A stretch of 21,509 nucleotides of DNA from a bacterium (GTDB lineage: Bacteria > Zhuqueibacterota > Zhuqueibacteria > Oceanimicrobiales > Oceanimicrobiaceae): assembly GCA_037446635.1 (NCBI GenBank), contig JBBIIG010000063.1, forward strand, positions 354 through 21,862, given 5' to 3'. This document shows, one piece after another, positions 1 through 8,964 of the stretch. A program made the position numbers and the translations under genes. The notes beneath the pieces were generated by a model. The model did not search any database. It saw only the letters and a list, made by a program, of their open reading frames with translations, and had not been told where the DNA came from. How positions within the stretch are numbered: the first letter of the stretch is position 1; each line of letters begins with the position of its first letter.

Positions 1-285
1 CGCCAACTGCACGTTGCGTTTGTTCATCTCGTAGATGGATTGGGTTTTGGCCTGACTGGAAATGATGTCGCGCGCCGTTTGCAATTTGAAGTCCACCAGC
101 CGCGTGGAACGAACGGTGAATTCGAGGTTGCGATCGAGAATGGTTTCTTTGATGGAATTTTGCGCCGTATCCACCAGAACTTTACCGGTGAACAACAATG
201 GCAGCGAGGCGATTAAAATATACGAGATCAGCAGTCGCGTCGCCAGCCGATGCCGGAGTCGTATTTTTTCTTTGAGGTGAAACAT
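1..285 (-). CDS. Partial (5' end) membrane sensor protein: N-terminal TM helix followed by a probable periplasmic Cache-type domain; output domain lies outside the window
   Basis: Manual translation from ATG at 285: MFHLKEKIRLRHRLATRLLISYILIASLPLLFTGKVLVDTAQNSIKETILDRNLEFTVRSTRLVDFKLQTARDII..., open to the window edge. A basic N-terminus, a TM helix with 'LPLL' and a long amphipathic helix are typical of dCache sensors. Confidence 0.7.
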   Translation of the reverse strand, partial: MFHLKEKIRLRHRLATRLLISYILIASLPLLFTGKVLVDTAQNSIKETILDRNLEFTVRSTRLVDFKLQTARDIISSQAKTQSIYEMNKRNVQLA

Positions 286-288
286 GGT

Positions 289-1506
289 TCAGTTTTCGGG
301 GGCGGTTTTAAAAATCCATTCATCGAAGGGCCGCACCTGGCCGCGGGCGTCGCGAAAGTTATCGAACTTGTTGACGTTGATCATGTAGTGTGTCAGCCAT
401 TTGAAATAAAGAAACGTGACCGGCTGCTCGCGGTTGATCACCGCCTGCATACTTTTGATGAGAGTCTCCTTTCTTGCCGGATCCTGCACTTCGTAATAAA
501 ATTTCAAATAATTTTCGAACGTGCTGTTGCGAAACCCCATGTAATTTTTTTCGCCGTCGGCAGAGAAGAAGGCCTGCAAACTTTCGATGTTATCTTGAAA
601 AGTATAATCGAGCAGCACCGCGTCGAAATCGCCGCTGGCGAGCTGATCGTTGATGCGGCTTTTGGGCAGCGGCCGCGGCGTCACATCGATGCCGATTTTG
701 ATGAGGTTAATTTTGATTTGCCGCGAAATCTCTTCGTCGATGCTCAGCCCTTTTTGATAGCTCAGACTGATGCGAAAGGGAACGCCGCCTTTATCGAGAA
801 TGCCATCGCCGTCGCTGTCGGCCCAGCCGGCCTCGAGGAGAAGCTCGATGGCGAGCTTGGGATTGAATTTGTACGATTCCATGCCGGGATTATACAGCGG
901 AGATTTTTCGTCGAAGGGGCCGCGGGCGATATCGGCCTTGCCGCCGAGGATAATTTTCTTGGCGATGTGCTCGTGGTTGATGCCGTAAGCCAGCGCCGTC
1001 CGAACTTTCGCGGTTCGCAAAAGCGGGTTGCGGTGATTGTAAATGATCAGCTTGACGGTGTTGGGCTCCATGCTGAGGGGATAGGGCAGAAAATGGCTGT
1101 TAGCCTGGCTCACCTCCGCGGCCGAGGCCTCGTTTTCCAGAACCGCAAAATCGGCTTCCTCTAAAATTAAAGCGGAGATGAGCGCCCGTTCGCTGTCATA
1201 AAATTTATAAGTGATTTTGTTGGGATGAATTTGATCCAGCGGATAGCTGGCGAGATACTGCACCTCCAGAATCTGCGGCGTGCTGTTGACGATCTCGAAG
1301 GGCCGGCCGTTGCCGCCGACGGCGACGGTGAAGCGACCGTCGCGAGTGGGTATTTGCAGCTCACGAATATCCACGCGGCCAATCAGCTCGCCCACCACGA
1401 TTGGGCGCACCGACTGATGGTTGGCCTGTCCCCAGGCATTGGTTGTCAATAATGCACTGGTTAAAAAACCAAAACTCATTGCTCGAACGACATCAGGCCG
1501 CAACAT
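289..1506 (-). CDS. ABC-type peptide/nickel (family 5) substrate-binding protein, N-terminally shortened
   Basis: 405 aa with a signal-like N-terminus. Family-5 motifs: 'KVRTALAYGINHEHI', 'YKFNPKLAIELLLEAGWADSDGDGILDKGGVPFRISL', 'LIKIGIDV', 'DPARKETLIKSMQAVINREQPVTFLY'. Confidence 0.85.
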   Translation of the reverse strand: MLRPDVVRAMSFGFLTSALLTTNAWGQANHQSVRPIVVGELIGRVDIRELQIPTRDGRFTVAVGGNGRPFEIVNSTPQILEVQYLASYPLDQIHPNKITYKFYDSERALISALILEEADFAVLENEASAAEVSQANSHFLPYPLSMEPNTVKLIIYNHRNPLLRTAKVRTALAYGINHEHIAKKIILGGKADIARGPFDEKSPLYNPGMESYKFNPKLAIELLLEAGWADSDGDGILDKGGVPFRISLSYQKGLSIDEEISRQIKINLIKIGIDVTPRPLPKSRINDQLASGDFDAVLLDYTFQDNIESLQAFFSADGEKNYMGFRNSTFENYLKFYYEVQDPARKETLIKSMQAVINREQPVTFLYFKWLTHYMINVNKFDNFRDARGQVRPFDEWIFKTAPEN

Positions 1507-1569
1507 TTATGACATTCTTTTTTTGAGAGACTAAAGTTTCGATCGGGACTGCCCAAGAGTCAATTCTTT

Positions 1570-1749
1570 GTCATGCCCGCATGATTTTCGCGAGCACCCA
1601 TAAACTCAGCAACATTCGGGCAAAGCCCTGCCTGTGCAGGCCCGCCTGCCTGTCCGCTTGGCGGATCCGCTTCGGCGGAAGGCTCCTGGCGGGCAGGCAG
1701 GCGATCCGCTTCGCGGAATAGACTCCCGCTAAAAACATGCGGGAGCGAC
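1570..1749. repeat. Composite palindromic element: inverted REP-like doublet enclosing two other mini-palindrome families
   Basis: 1570-1600 GTCATGCCCGCATGATTTTCGCGAGCACCCA matches the reverse complement of 1719-1749 (GTCGCTCCCGCATGTTTTTAGCGGGAGTCTA) at 21/31. Inside: stem 1643-1657/1689-1703 (CGCCTGCCTGTCCGC/GCGGGCAGGCAGGCG) and three TCCGC-N3/4-GCGGA hairpins (1653-1665, 1666-1679, 1705-1717). Confidence 0.75.
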
Positions 1750-1807
1750 ATGGGCTTTGGGGACAGAATTAAATTTAAATCCCTACTCGATTCCGCTTCT
1801 ACCCCAA

Positions 1808-2839
1808 CTAAATGACCTTTTTGAAAACCTCCACGGCGCGCTGAATATCCTGTGCGCTGACGTCGAGGTGGGTCACCGCGCGAATGCGGGCGTTGCCAAA
1901 AGGTACAACCAGAACGCCATTTTTTTTCAATTTTTGAACGACTTCCGCGGCCGGTCGGCCGGTCTCCGCGATGTCGAAAATAACGATGTTTGTCTGCACC
2001 GACTCTAAATCCAGTTTAATGCCGGGCATCTCCGCAAGCGCTTCGGCCAACCACCGCGCGTGACGATGATCTTCTTGCAAGCGCTCGAGATTGTGATCCA
2101 ACGCGTAAATCGCCGCTGCCGCCAAAATTCCAACCTGGCGCATGCCGCCGCCAAACAATTTGCGCAGGCGGTGCGCTTCAGTGATGAATTCTTTGCTGCC
2201 GGCGACCGCCGAGCCCACGGGCGCGCCCAGCCCTTTTGAGAAGCACACCGAAATCGAATCGCAATGGCGGGCGTATTCTTTCACCGAAACGCCGGCGGCA
2301 ATCGCGGCATTCCAGATGCGCGCGCCATCGAGGTGCAATTTTAAGTTGCGCTTCTTTGCTAAAAAATAAATCCGCTCCAGCTCAGCGACGGGAAAGATAG
2401 TTCCGCCGGCGCTGTTGTGAGTGTTTTCAACGGTGATGAGCGAGGTGCGAGGGAAATGATCCGGCGGCGGGTTGATGGCCTCCTCCACCTGCTCCACCGT
2501 GATCACGCCGCGCTGGCCTGCAATGGGCCGAAACTGCACGCCGGACAAAAACGGCGCGGCGCCGGATTCGAAATTATAAACGTGACAACCGGCTTCGCAC
2601 ACCACTTCATCGCCCGGGCGGGTGTGGCATTTGACGGCGATCTCGTTGCCCATCGTGCCGCTGGGCACGAACAGCGCCGCCTCTTTGCCCAGCAGCTCGG
2701 CCAATTGCTCCTGCAAGCGATTAACCGTGGGGTCTTCGCCGAAAACGTCGTCGCCCACCTCGGCGGCGGCCATGACCTGGCGCATCGCCGGCGAAGGGCG
2801 GGTGACAGTGTCGCTGCGCAAATCGATCACGTTGGTCAT
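1808..2839 (-). CDS. ltaE: Low-specificity L-threonine aldolase (PLP-dependent)
   Basis: Motifs '[11 protein letters not shown]', '[15 protein letters not shown]', '[11 protein letters not shown]', 'ENTHN', '[11 protein letters not shown]', PLP lysine in '[12 protein letters not shown]', 'GGGMRQVG'. Confidence 0.95.
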   Translation of the reverse strand: MTNVIDLRSDTVTRPSPAMRQVMAAAEVGDDVFGEDPTVNRLQEQLAELLGKEAALFVPSGTMGNEIAVKCHTRPGDEVVCEAGCHVYNFESGAAPFLSGVQFRPIAGQRGVITVEQVEEAINPPPDHFPRTSLITVENTHNSAGGTIFPVAELERIYFLAKKRNLKLHLDGARIWNAAIAAGVSVKEYARHCDSISVCFSKGLGAPVGSAVAGSKEFITEAHRLRKLFGGGMRQVGILAAAAIYALDHNLERLQEDHRHARWLAEALAEMPGIKLDLESVQTNIVIFDIAETGRPAAEVVQKLKKNGVLVVPFGNARIRAVTHLDVSAQDIQRAVEVFKKVI

Positions 2840-2881
2840 TCGATTTAAAACATAGCGGTAAGAATTAGAATCAACGTGAAT

Positions 2882-2910
2882 AGTTTAAGACAATAGTGCT
2901 AAAATTGCAA
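2882..2910 (-). promoter_or_regulatory. Putative sigma70 promoter of ltaE
   Basis: Minus strand TTGCAA (2910-2905), 17-nt spacer, TAAACT (2887-2882), about 40 nt upstream of the ATG. Confidence 0.5.
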
Positions 2911-3008
2911 GCGAAAATCCGGGCGAGAACCTTCGCGGCCTCTGCGCGGAACGATAAGCGCTGGATTAGCGGTTGCATAACCAACAAAATCTTTTTACCT
3001 TTGCAATC

Positions 3009-3764
3009 ATGGACCCCATCGTTTTTGAAAACGTTCATAAGTCTTATGGCGAAAAAGCGGTGCTGCGCGGCGTCAGCCTGTCGATTCCCCGCAACGGCGT
3101 CACCGCCATCATCGGGCCCAGCGGCGGCGGCAAATCCACCCTCGTGCAAATGATCAACGGCCTCCTCCGCCCCGACCAGGGACGGGTGTTGATTTTTTCG
3201 CAGCCCATCAATTATGATAATCTGATTGAAACCCGTAAGCGCATCGGCTACGCTGTGCAGGGCGTGGCGCTGTTCCCGCACATGACGGTGGAAAAAAATA
3301 TTTCGTTGTTGGCCAAATTGGAAACCTGGCCTGAGCCAAAAATTGACGAGCGGGTTCGCGAGCTGATCGCGCTGGTGAATCTGCCCGCGGCTTATTTGAA
3401 AAAATATCCGCATGAATTGAGCGGCGGCGAGCAGCAGCGGGTGGGGTTGTGCCGCGCCATGATGCTCGACCCCAAAATTTTTTTGTTGGATGAACCCTTT
3501 GGCGCTCTGGATCCTATCACCCGCAACGAAATTCACGCCGAGTTTCAGCGGCTGCAAAAATTAGCCGCGCGCACTGTGGTGCTGGTGACCCACGATTTGC
3601 GCGAGGCGTTCAAACTGGCGGATCATATCGTCATCCTCAACCACGGGGTTATCGAGCAAGTGGGCTCGGGCGAGGATATCCTCGATCGCCCGGCGTCGGA
3701 ATTCGTTGAGCAGTTTGTGCATTCCAATTTGCAGGAGGAATTTTGGGGCAGTCCAAAAAGATAA
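3009..3764 (+). CDS. Osmoprotectant (glycine betaine/choline/carnitine) ABC transporter ATP-binding subunit, without CBS domains
   Basis: ATG at 3009 (MDPIVFENVHKSY). Walker A GPSGGGKST, 'IGYAVQGVALFPHMTV', 'YPHELSGGEQQRVG', 'LLDEPFGALDPITR', 'VTHD'. Confidence 0.92.
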   Translation: MDPIVFENVHKSYGEKAVLRGVSLSIPRNGVTAIIGPSGGGKSTLVQMINGLLRPDQGRVLIFSQPINYDNLIETRKRIGYAVQGVALFPHMTVEKNISLLAKLETWPEPKIDERVRELIALVNLPAAYLKKYPHELSGGEQQRVGLCRAMMLDPKIFLLDEPFGALDPITRNEIHAEFQRLQKLAARTVVLVTHDLREAFKLADHIVILNHGVIEQVGSGEDILDRPASEFVEQFVHSNLQEEFWGSPKR

Positions 3765-5314
3765 CGGCCGTTGCGCGCCTGTGCCGGGAGGTGCGCAAAG
3801 CATGGGATTGCTTCGTCGCTTTCGCTCCTCGCAATGACAGTCTTGTCATCGCCATCATTCTCATGCTGTTCGTCAACGCCGTGTTTGCACAAACCATCAC
3901 TGTCGGCGCTAAGCATTTCAACGAGGGCTACATTCTCGCGGAAATCATGGCGCAGTTGTTGGAAGATCGCGGCTTTGCGGTGCAGCGAAAATTCGGGCTG
4001 GGCGGCACGCTCATTTGTTATCAAGCGCTGGTGAACGGCGAGATCGACGTCTATCCCGAATATTCCGGCACCATCGCCCAGGCGATCCTCAAGCGCACGG
4101 ACGCCATTTCTTTCGCTGAGCTTCAAAATTTATTGGCAAACGAGCATCGACTTGAATTGTTAGAAGCCTTCGGTTTTAATAACACCTACGCCCTCACCCT
4201 GCGCGCCGAGCGCGCCGACGAATTAAATCTCAAAACCATTTCCGAGCTGCGCCAACATGCCAACTTGCGCCTCGGGCTTAGTTATGAATTTCTCGAGCGC
4301 GCCGACGGCTGGAGCGCGCTGGCCAAAGCCTACGCGCTGCCGCAGCGGCCGGTGGGCATGGAGCACGGTCTCGCGTATCAGGCCCTTGAGCAAAATAAAA
4401 TCGATGTCACCGACGCCTACTCCACCGATGCCGAAATTCCAAGATACAATTTAGCCATTCTTGAAGACGACCGCGGCTTTTTCCCAGAATATCTCGCCGC
4501 TCCGTTTGCCCGTCTCGATTTAGATCAATCAGCAAAAGCGGTTTTGGAAAATCTGGCGGGCCGCATCTCCGAGACGGAAATGCAGCGCCTTAACGCCGAG
4601 GTCGCGATCCACAAAAAAAGTTTTGCAGAAACAGCCCACGCATTTCTAAAAAAAGAGGGCTTGCTGGATCAGGACGATTTCATCTCCCAAACCAAATGGA
4701 TGGCTTTGCGCCATCGCACGCTGACTCACATCAAGCTCACGGCCATCGCGCTGCTGATCGCCATGAGCCTCGCGATTCCATTCGGCGTGGTGATTTATCG
4801 CCTGCCCGCGGTGGCGCGGCCGGTGCTTTACATCAGCGGGCTGCTGCAAACCATCCCTTCCATTGCTTTGCTGGCGTTTATGATTCCGCTGTTCGGGATT
4901 GGCGTTAAGCCCGCCATCATCGCCCTCATCCTTTATGCGCTGCTGCCGATTTTGCGCAACACCTACGCCGCGCTCAATTCCATCGATCCGAATTTGAAAA
5001 AAGTCTCCGTGGCCATGGGGTTGACGGTTTGGCAGCGGCTGCGGCACATCGAACTTCCGCTGGCGGTTCCCAACATGCTGGCGGGCATCCGCACCGCAGC
5101 AGTGATCAGCATCGGCACGGCCACGCTGGCGGCGTTTATCGGCGCCGGCGGTTTGGGCGAGCCGATCGTCACCGGGCTGGCGCTGAACGATCCCTATATT
5201 ATAATGGAAGGCGCGATCCCGGCGGCGCTGCTGGCCATCCTCGCGGAGTTAGGATTCGAGGGGTTAGAGCGGCTGCTGGCGCCGCGGCATCTGTTACAAA
5301 AGGCGGCAAGATAA
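3743..5314 (+). CDS. Osmoprotectant ABC transporter, fused substrate-binding domain (OpuAC/OsmF-type) and permease
   Basis: SBP motifs 'ITVGAKHFNEGYILAE', 'GEIDVYPEYSGT', 'FGFNNTYAL', 'DAYSTDA', 'LEDDRGFFPEY'; permease motifs 'LQTIPSIALLA', 'LYALLPILRNTY', 'GTATLAAFIGAGGLG'. Start uncertain: TTG at 3743 is preceded by AGGAGG at 3733-3738. Confidence 0.9.
   Translation: MGQSKKITAVARLCREVRKAWDCFVAFAPRNDSLVIAIILMLFVNAVFAQTITVGAKHFNEGYILAEIMAQLLEDRGFAVQRKFGLGGTLICYQALVNGEIDVYPEYSGTIAQAILKRTDAISFAELQNLLANEHRLELLEAFGFNNTYALTLRAERADELNLKTISELRQHANLRLGLSYEFLERADGWSALAKAYALPQRPVGMEHGLAYQALEQNKIDVTDAYSTDAEIPRYNLAILEDDRGFFPEYLAAPFARLDLDQSAKAVLENLAGRISETEMQRLNAEVAIHKKSFAETAHAFLKKEGLLDQDDFISQTKWMALRHRTLTHIKLTAIALLIAMSLAIPFGVVIYRLPAVARPVLYISGLLQTIPSIALLAFMIPLFGIGVKPAIIALILYALLPILRNTYAALNSIDPNLKKVSVAMGLTVWQRLRHIELPLAVPNMLAGIRTAAVISIGTATLAAFIGAGGLGEPIVTGLALNDPYIIMEGAIPAALLAILAELGFEGLERLLAPRHLLQKAAR
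3767..3854. repeat. REP/RPE-like palindromic element (GTCATTGCGAG...GCAATC type) in the 5' end of the SBP-permease ORF
   Basis: 3806-3838 GATTGCTTCGTCGCTTTCGCTCCTCGCAATGAC (reverse complement GTCATTGCGAGGAGCGAAAGCGACGAAGCAATC), preceded by hairpin TTGCGCGCCT-N8-AGGTGCGCAA and overlapping hairpin GCAATGACA-GTCT-TGTCATCGC. Confidence 0.7.
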
Positions 5315-5342
5315 TTGAAATAACCGCTGACACAAATTATTT

Positions 5343-5430
5343 ACCACGAAGTACACGAAGAGCGCGAAGTTTTTTTAAAATCAGCAAGCTCTATTGGTTG
5401 TCCTTCGTTGAACTTCGTGGTCTTCGTGGT
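5343..5430. repeat. Inverted-repeat element with 3x9-bp periodic arms (copy 1)
   Basis: Left arm ACCACGAAG-TACACGAAG-AGCGCGAAG (5343-5369); right arm CTTCGTTGAA-CTTCGTGGT-CTTCGTGGT (5403-5430). Confidence 0.85.
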
Positions 5431-5487
5431 GAATTTATGAATAAGCCCGCTTCTACAAATCTGCTGCTGTTTCTCGCAAAAAACTTC

Positions 5488-5515
5488 TTGACATTCTTGG
5501 CAAAACTTGTAAATT
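5488..5515 (+). promoter_or_regulatory. Putative sigma70 promoter of the large secreted protein operon
   Basis: TTGACA (5488-5493), 16-nt spacer, TAAATT (5510-5515), about 50 nt upstream of ATG 5564. Confidence 0.55.
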
Positions 5516-5563
5516 GGCTAACCAAAATAGACGGTTAAGCTTTGAACTAAAAGAGTAGCCTCG

Positions 5564-8500
5564 ATGAAAACGAACATCTGCCCAACCCTCCCTAAGCTCT
5601 GGCTTTGCTTGTTTAGTCTTAGCTTCAGCATCTTCATTAACATTCATTCCCTGGCAGCCCAGTCGCGGTGGTCCAATAGTCCGCAAGATAACAATGCCAT
5701 TGCGGTGCTTCCCAGCGGCCAGCTCACGCCGGTGGCGGCGCGTGACGGACAGGATGGCGCCATCATCGTCTGGGTGGACAACCGCAGCAGCCATTTCGAT
5801 CTCTACGGCCAGCGCATCGATGTGGCCGGCAACCTGCAATGGAACGACGGCGGCGCGCCCCTCATCACTGCGCTCAACTCCCAGGAATCACCGGCGATTG
5901 CAGAAGCGCCAGCCGGCGGGTTCTTCCTGGCCTGGCAGGATAATCGCCTCGTCTTCGCTCAACGAGAAATTTCGGCGCAGCGATTCGACGCCGACGGCGC
6001 CCCACTTTGGGCGCAGGACGCCCGGGCGCACATTGGCAACAACGGCGCTCCGAATATTTTTCTCGATAATTCTGGCAATCTTTTCACCACGGCCTACACC
6101 TCCATCATCGCCAATCAGGCCGCCAGCGTGCAATTTCTCGACCCAGAAACTGGCGCGACGCAATTCAAGCCGCTGCAAAAAATTTTCGACCAAAACTCTG
6201 ATGCCTTGGAAACGGATTTACCGCCGGCAGTGGCAGCCGCATTAAATGGCGGTGTGCTCGCGGCCTGGGCCGATGGCCGCAGCGATACGACTCTGCAAGC
6301 GCTCGGTGTCTTGAACACCGGCGATGTCTGGGCGCCCGGACAGATCACCATCAGCGAAGATATCAAGCCGCGAACCTTCCCGGCGATCGTCAGCGACGGC
6401 AGCGAGGGCGCCATCATCGTTTGGATCGAACCCGCGGCCTTCGGGGGCAACAACGATCTCATCAAAGCTACTCGTTTGAACGCCAACGGCGGCGAGGTGT
6501 GGACTCCCGGAACCCGAGAAATTATATCGTCGCCCGGCCAAAAGCGCCGGCTGCAAATCGCCAGCGACGGCCAGAACGGCGCGTTCATCATTTGGGAAAC
6601 GCGCGTTGAACCCAACTGGCGAATTTATGCGCAGCGCATTTTCAACGACGGCCAAAGCTGGAACGCCGATGCCGCGGTTTCCGTTATCAGCAGCAATCAA
6701 ACCAAGGGCCGCATCATCAACAATCGTAAAGGCGACGCGGTTGTGGTATGGGAGGACGACCGCAACCTCTCCAGCGGCGTCGATCTCTACGCCCAGCGCC
6801 TCTCCAGCGCCGGAGTCATTGCGTGGCCGCCGGATGGCGTGGCGGTGAGCACGGCGGCCGATGCCCAGCAAAATGCCTCGCTGGTGGACGACGGTTTTGG
6901 CGGCGCCATCATCGCCTGGCAAGATTCGCGCAACGGCAACCCCGATATCTTCGCCCAGCGCGTCAGCCCCAACGGCGTGCTGGGGGAGTTTCGCACCATC
7001 ACGGTGATCGCGCCGGCGCAGGGGGATAATTGGGAAATCGGCAGCGCGCGCGATATCCGCTGGAGCGCCTCCGTGGAAATCGACAGCGTGAAAATCGAGC
7101 TCTCCCGCAACGGCGGGCTGAATTTTGAAACCATATTTGAAAAAGTCGCCAACCGCGATTCCGAAAACATTTCTACCTTTACCGTCGGTGGGAACCCGGC
7201 CGGCAACTGTCAGGTGCGCATCACGGCTATCAAAGCGGATTTCATCATCGGGTTGAGCGAAACTTTCAGCATCACCGCGCAGCAGGGGCCGAATTTGTCG
7301 CCGCCACTGCAAATTCAAAACGCCACGCTTGGCGAAAACCTACAGGTTACCGCCAGCGCCACGGATATCAGCGGCGTGAAAACCGTGACCCTGAATTACA
7401 AAGCCGGCGGCGCGCGAAATTTTACCGCCGTCAACATGGCTCCCGGCGTGGCGGCAGATGAATTTCGCGGCGCGATTCCCGGCAGCGCAGTCACCGAACG
7501 CGGCGTCGAGTATTTTGTGGCGGCCGCCGACAACATCGGCGCGGTCAGCAACAGCGACACGTTTTTCGTAACCGTTAGTTTCGGCGCTGGCGTTCAGACC
7601 CGCGAGGTCCGGCGCGGCTCGTCGCAGAACGCCTATCGCATGTTTTCCGCGCCCAATATTTTGGATGATCCGGACGCTCTGGACATCTTCTCAGCCTCTA
7701 ACTTTGGCGCCTACGACACCACGAGCTGGCGCCTTTTCCAATTTCGCGGCAACGGCTACGTGGAATTCGATTCCACCAGCAACGCCAACACCTTTCAATT
7801 CACCCCCGGCCAGGCCTACTGGGTGATTTCGGCGCGCGACCGCACCATCGATTTCGGCGCCGGGCAGTCGCAGCGCAGCGACCGCAATGCTGCCGTCACC
7901 CTGCCGCGCGGCTGGGGCCAGCTCGGCAATCCTTTTGCATTTGCGGTGGAATGGGACGCGGTGCTCGCCGCCAGCGGCCTCACGGAAGAATCGGTGCGCC
8001 AGCCGTTCGTTTATGACGGTTCGGGGTTTCTTCCAGCAACCACCATCGATCCCTACCAGGGTTACTTTGTGTTTAATAACACCACGGCCGCGCTGACCCT
8101 GCGTTTCCCGCCTCTCGAAGCCGCCGCCGCGGCCACAGCCGCCAAAGCTCCCGCCGTTGCCGGCGCGGAGTGGCAGGTGCAGCTCATCGGCGAATGTGAG
8201 GACGCGCGGGATCTTTTCAACCTCGCCGGCATCCACTCAGAGGCGGCGCAGGAATGGGACCGCTTCGATTACCCGGAGCCGCCGCCCATCGGCGATTACA
8301 TCTCCATTTATTTTCCGCGCAGCGATTGGGAGCGGTATCCCAATATTTACACCACGGATTTTCGCAAGGAGATGGACGCGGGGCAAACCTGGATGTTTGA
8401 CGTGCACACCAACATCGCCGGCGCCGAAGCCCGGGTGCGGGTCGAGGGGCTGGAGGCGCTGCCGCAAAATTTGGAAATCTGGATAGTGGATGAAAAGCTG

Positions 8501-8920
8501 AGCGTCAAACAAAATTTGCGCAGCGACAACCAGTTTGTCTTCCCAACCGGCGAACGCGGCGTCACCAAAACCTTGAAGCTGGTAATCGGCTCCGGCGATT
8601 ATCTCGCCAACGAATTGGCGAACGGCGCGTTCATTCCGGAAAATTTTGAGTTGGCGCAGAACTTCCCCAATCCGTTCAACCCGGCCACCGCCATTCGATA
8701 CGGGCTGCCGAAGGCATCGAAAGTCACGTTGAAAATTTATGATGTGTTGGGCCGGGAGGTCATCACCCTCATCAATAACGAAAACAAACAGCCCGGTTAT
8801 CATCTGATAACCTGGAACGGTAGAGACAAAAACGGCAGCGGGGTGGCCAGCGGTTTGTATATTTACCGCATCATGGCGGACAACTTTGTGCAGAGCAAAA
8901 AAATGCTGATCGTAAAGTGA
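5564..8920 (+). CDS. Large secreted protein: N-terminal repeats (probable beta-propeller), Ig-like middle modules, C-terminal T9SS type-A/FlgD-Ig sorting tail
   Basis: Signal peptide; at least six repeats like 'xDGxGGAIIAWxDxR...DIYAQR...G...W'; C-terminal 'FELAQNFPNPFNPATAIRYGLP...LKIYDVLGREV...WNGRDKNG..VASGLYIYRI...SKKMLIVK'. Confidence 0.88.
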   Translation: MKTNICPTLPKLWLCLFSLSFSIFINIHSLAAQSRWSNSPQDNNAIAVLPSGQLTPVAARDGQDGAIIVWVDNRSSHFDLYGQRIDVAGNLQWNDGGAPLITALNSQESPAIAEAPAGGFFLAWQDNRLVFAQREISAQRFDADGAPLWAQDARAHIGNNGAPNIFLDNSGNLFTTAYTSIIANQAASVQFLDPETGATQFKPLQKIFDQNSDALETDLPPAVAAALNGGVLAAWADGRSDTTLQALGVLNTGDVWAPGQITISEDIKPRTFPAIVSDGSEGAIIVWIEPAAFGGNNDLIKATRLNANGGEVWTPGTREIISSPGQKRRLQIASDGQNGAFIIWETRVEPNWRIYAQRIFNDGQSWNADAAVSVISSNQTKGRIINNRKGDAVVVWEDDRNLSSGVDLYAQRLSSAGVIAWPPDGVAVSTAADAQQNASLVDDGFGGAIIAWQDSRNGNPDIFAQRVSPNGVLGEFRTITVIAPAQGDNWEIGSARDIRWSASVEIDSVKIELSRNGGLNFETIFEKVANRDSENISTFTVGGNPAGNCQVRITAIKADFIIGLSETFSITAQQGPNLSPPLQIQNATLGENLQVTASATDISGVKTVTLNYKAGGARNFTAVNMAPGVAADEFRGAIPGSAVTERGVEYFVAAADNIGAVSNSDTFFVTVSFGAGVQTREVRRGSSQNAYRMFSAPNILDDPDALDIFSASNFGAYDTTSWRLFQFRGNGYVEFDSTSNANTFQFTPGQAYWVISARDRTIDFGAGQSQRSDRNAAVTLPRGWGQLGNPFAFAVEWDAVLAASGLTEESVRQPFVYDGSGFLPATTIDPYQGYFVFNNTTAALTLRFPPLEAAAAATAAKAPAVAGAEWQVQLIGECEDARDLFNLAGIHSEAAQEWDRFDYPEPPPIGDYISIYFPRSDWERYPNIYTTDFRKEMDAGQTWMFDVHTNIAGAEARVRVEGLEALPQNLEIWIVDEKLSVKQNLRSDNQFVFPTGERGVTKTLKLVIGSGDYLANELANGAFIPENFELAQNFPNPFNPATAIRYGLPKASKVTLKIYDVLGREVITLINNENKQPGYHLITWNGRDKNGSGVASGLYIYRIMADNFVQSKKMLIVK

Positions 8921-8964
8921 TAGACAAAACATTGAAAACAGCCGAAGACTTAAACGGAGTAATC

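Noticed and set aside
250..1164. 304-aa plus-strand ORF, and similar long antisense ORFs (2871-3557, 6242-7318, 8237-8932, 10842-11627, 13935-14669, 19328-20074)
   Set aside because: They are antisense shadows of well-supported genes in GC-rich sequence and have no recognisable motifs.
1560..1751. 63-aa minus-strand ORF containing 'PSAEADPPSGQAGGPAQAG'
   Set aside because: It coincides with the nested palindromic element and is best explained as translated repeat sequence.
2925..2955. Possible degenerate REP-like palindrome in the divergent ltaE/ABC spacer
   Set aside because: Pairing is weak and there is no close second copy in the window.
5343..5430. 9-bp periodic repeats (also at 10452 and 13401) considered as a CRISPR array
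   Set aside because: Units are 9 bp, contiguous and inverted, with no spacers and no cas genes.
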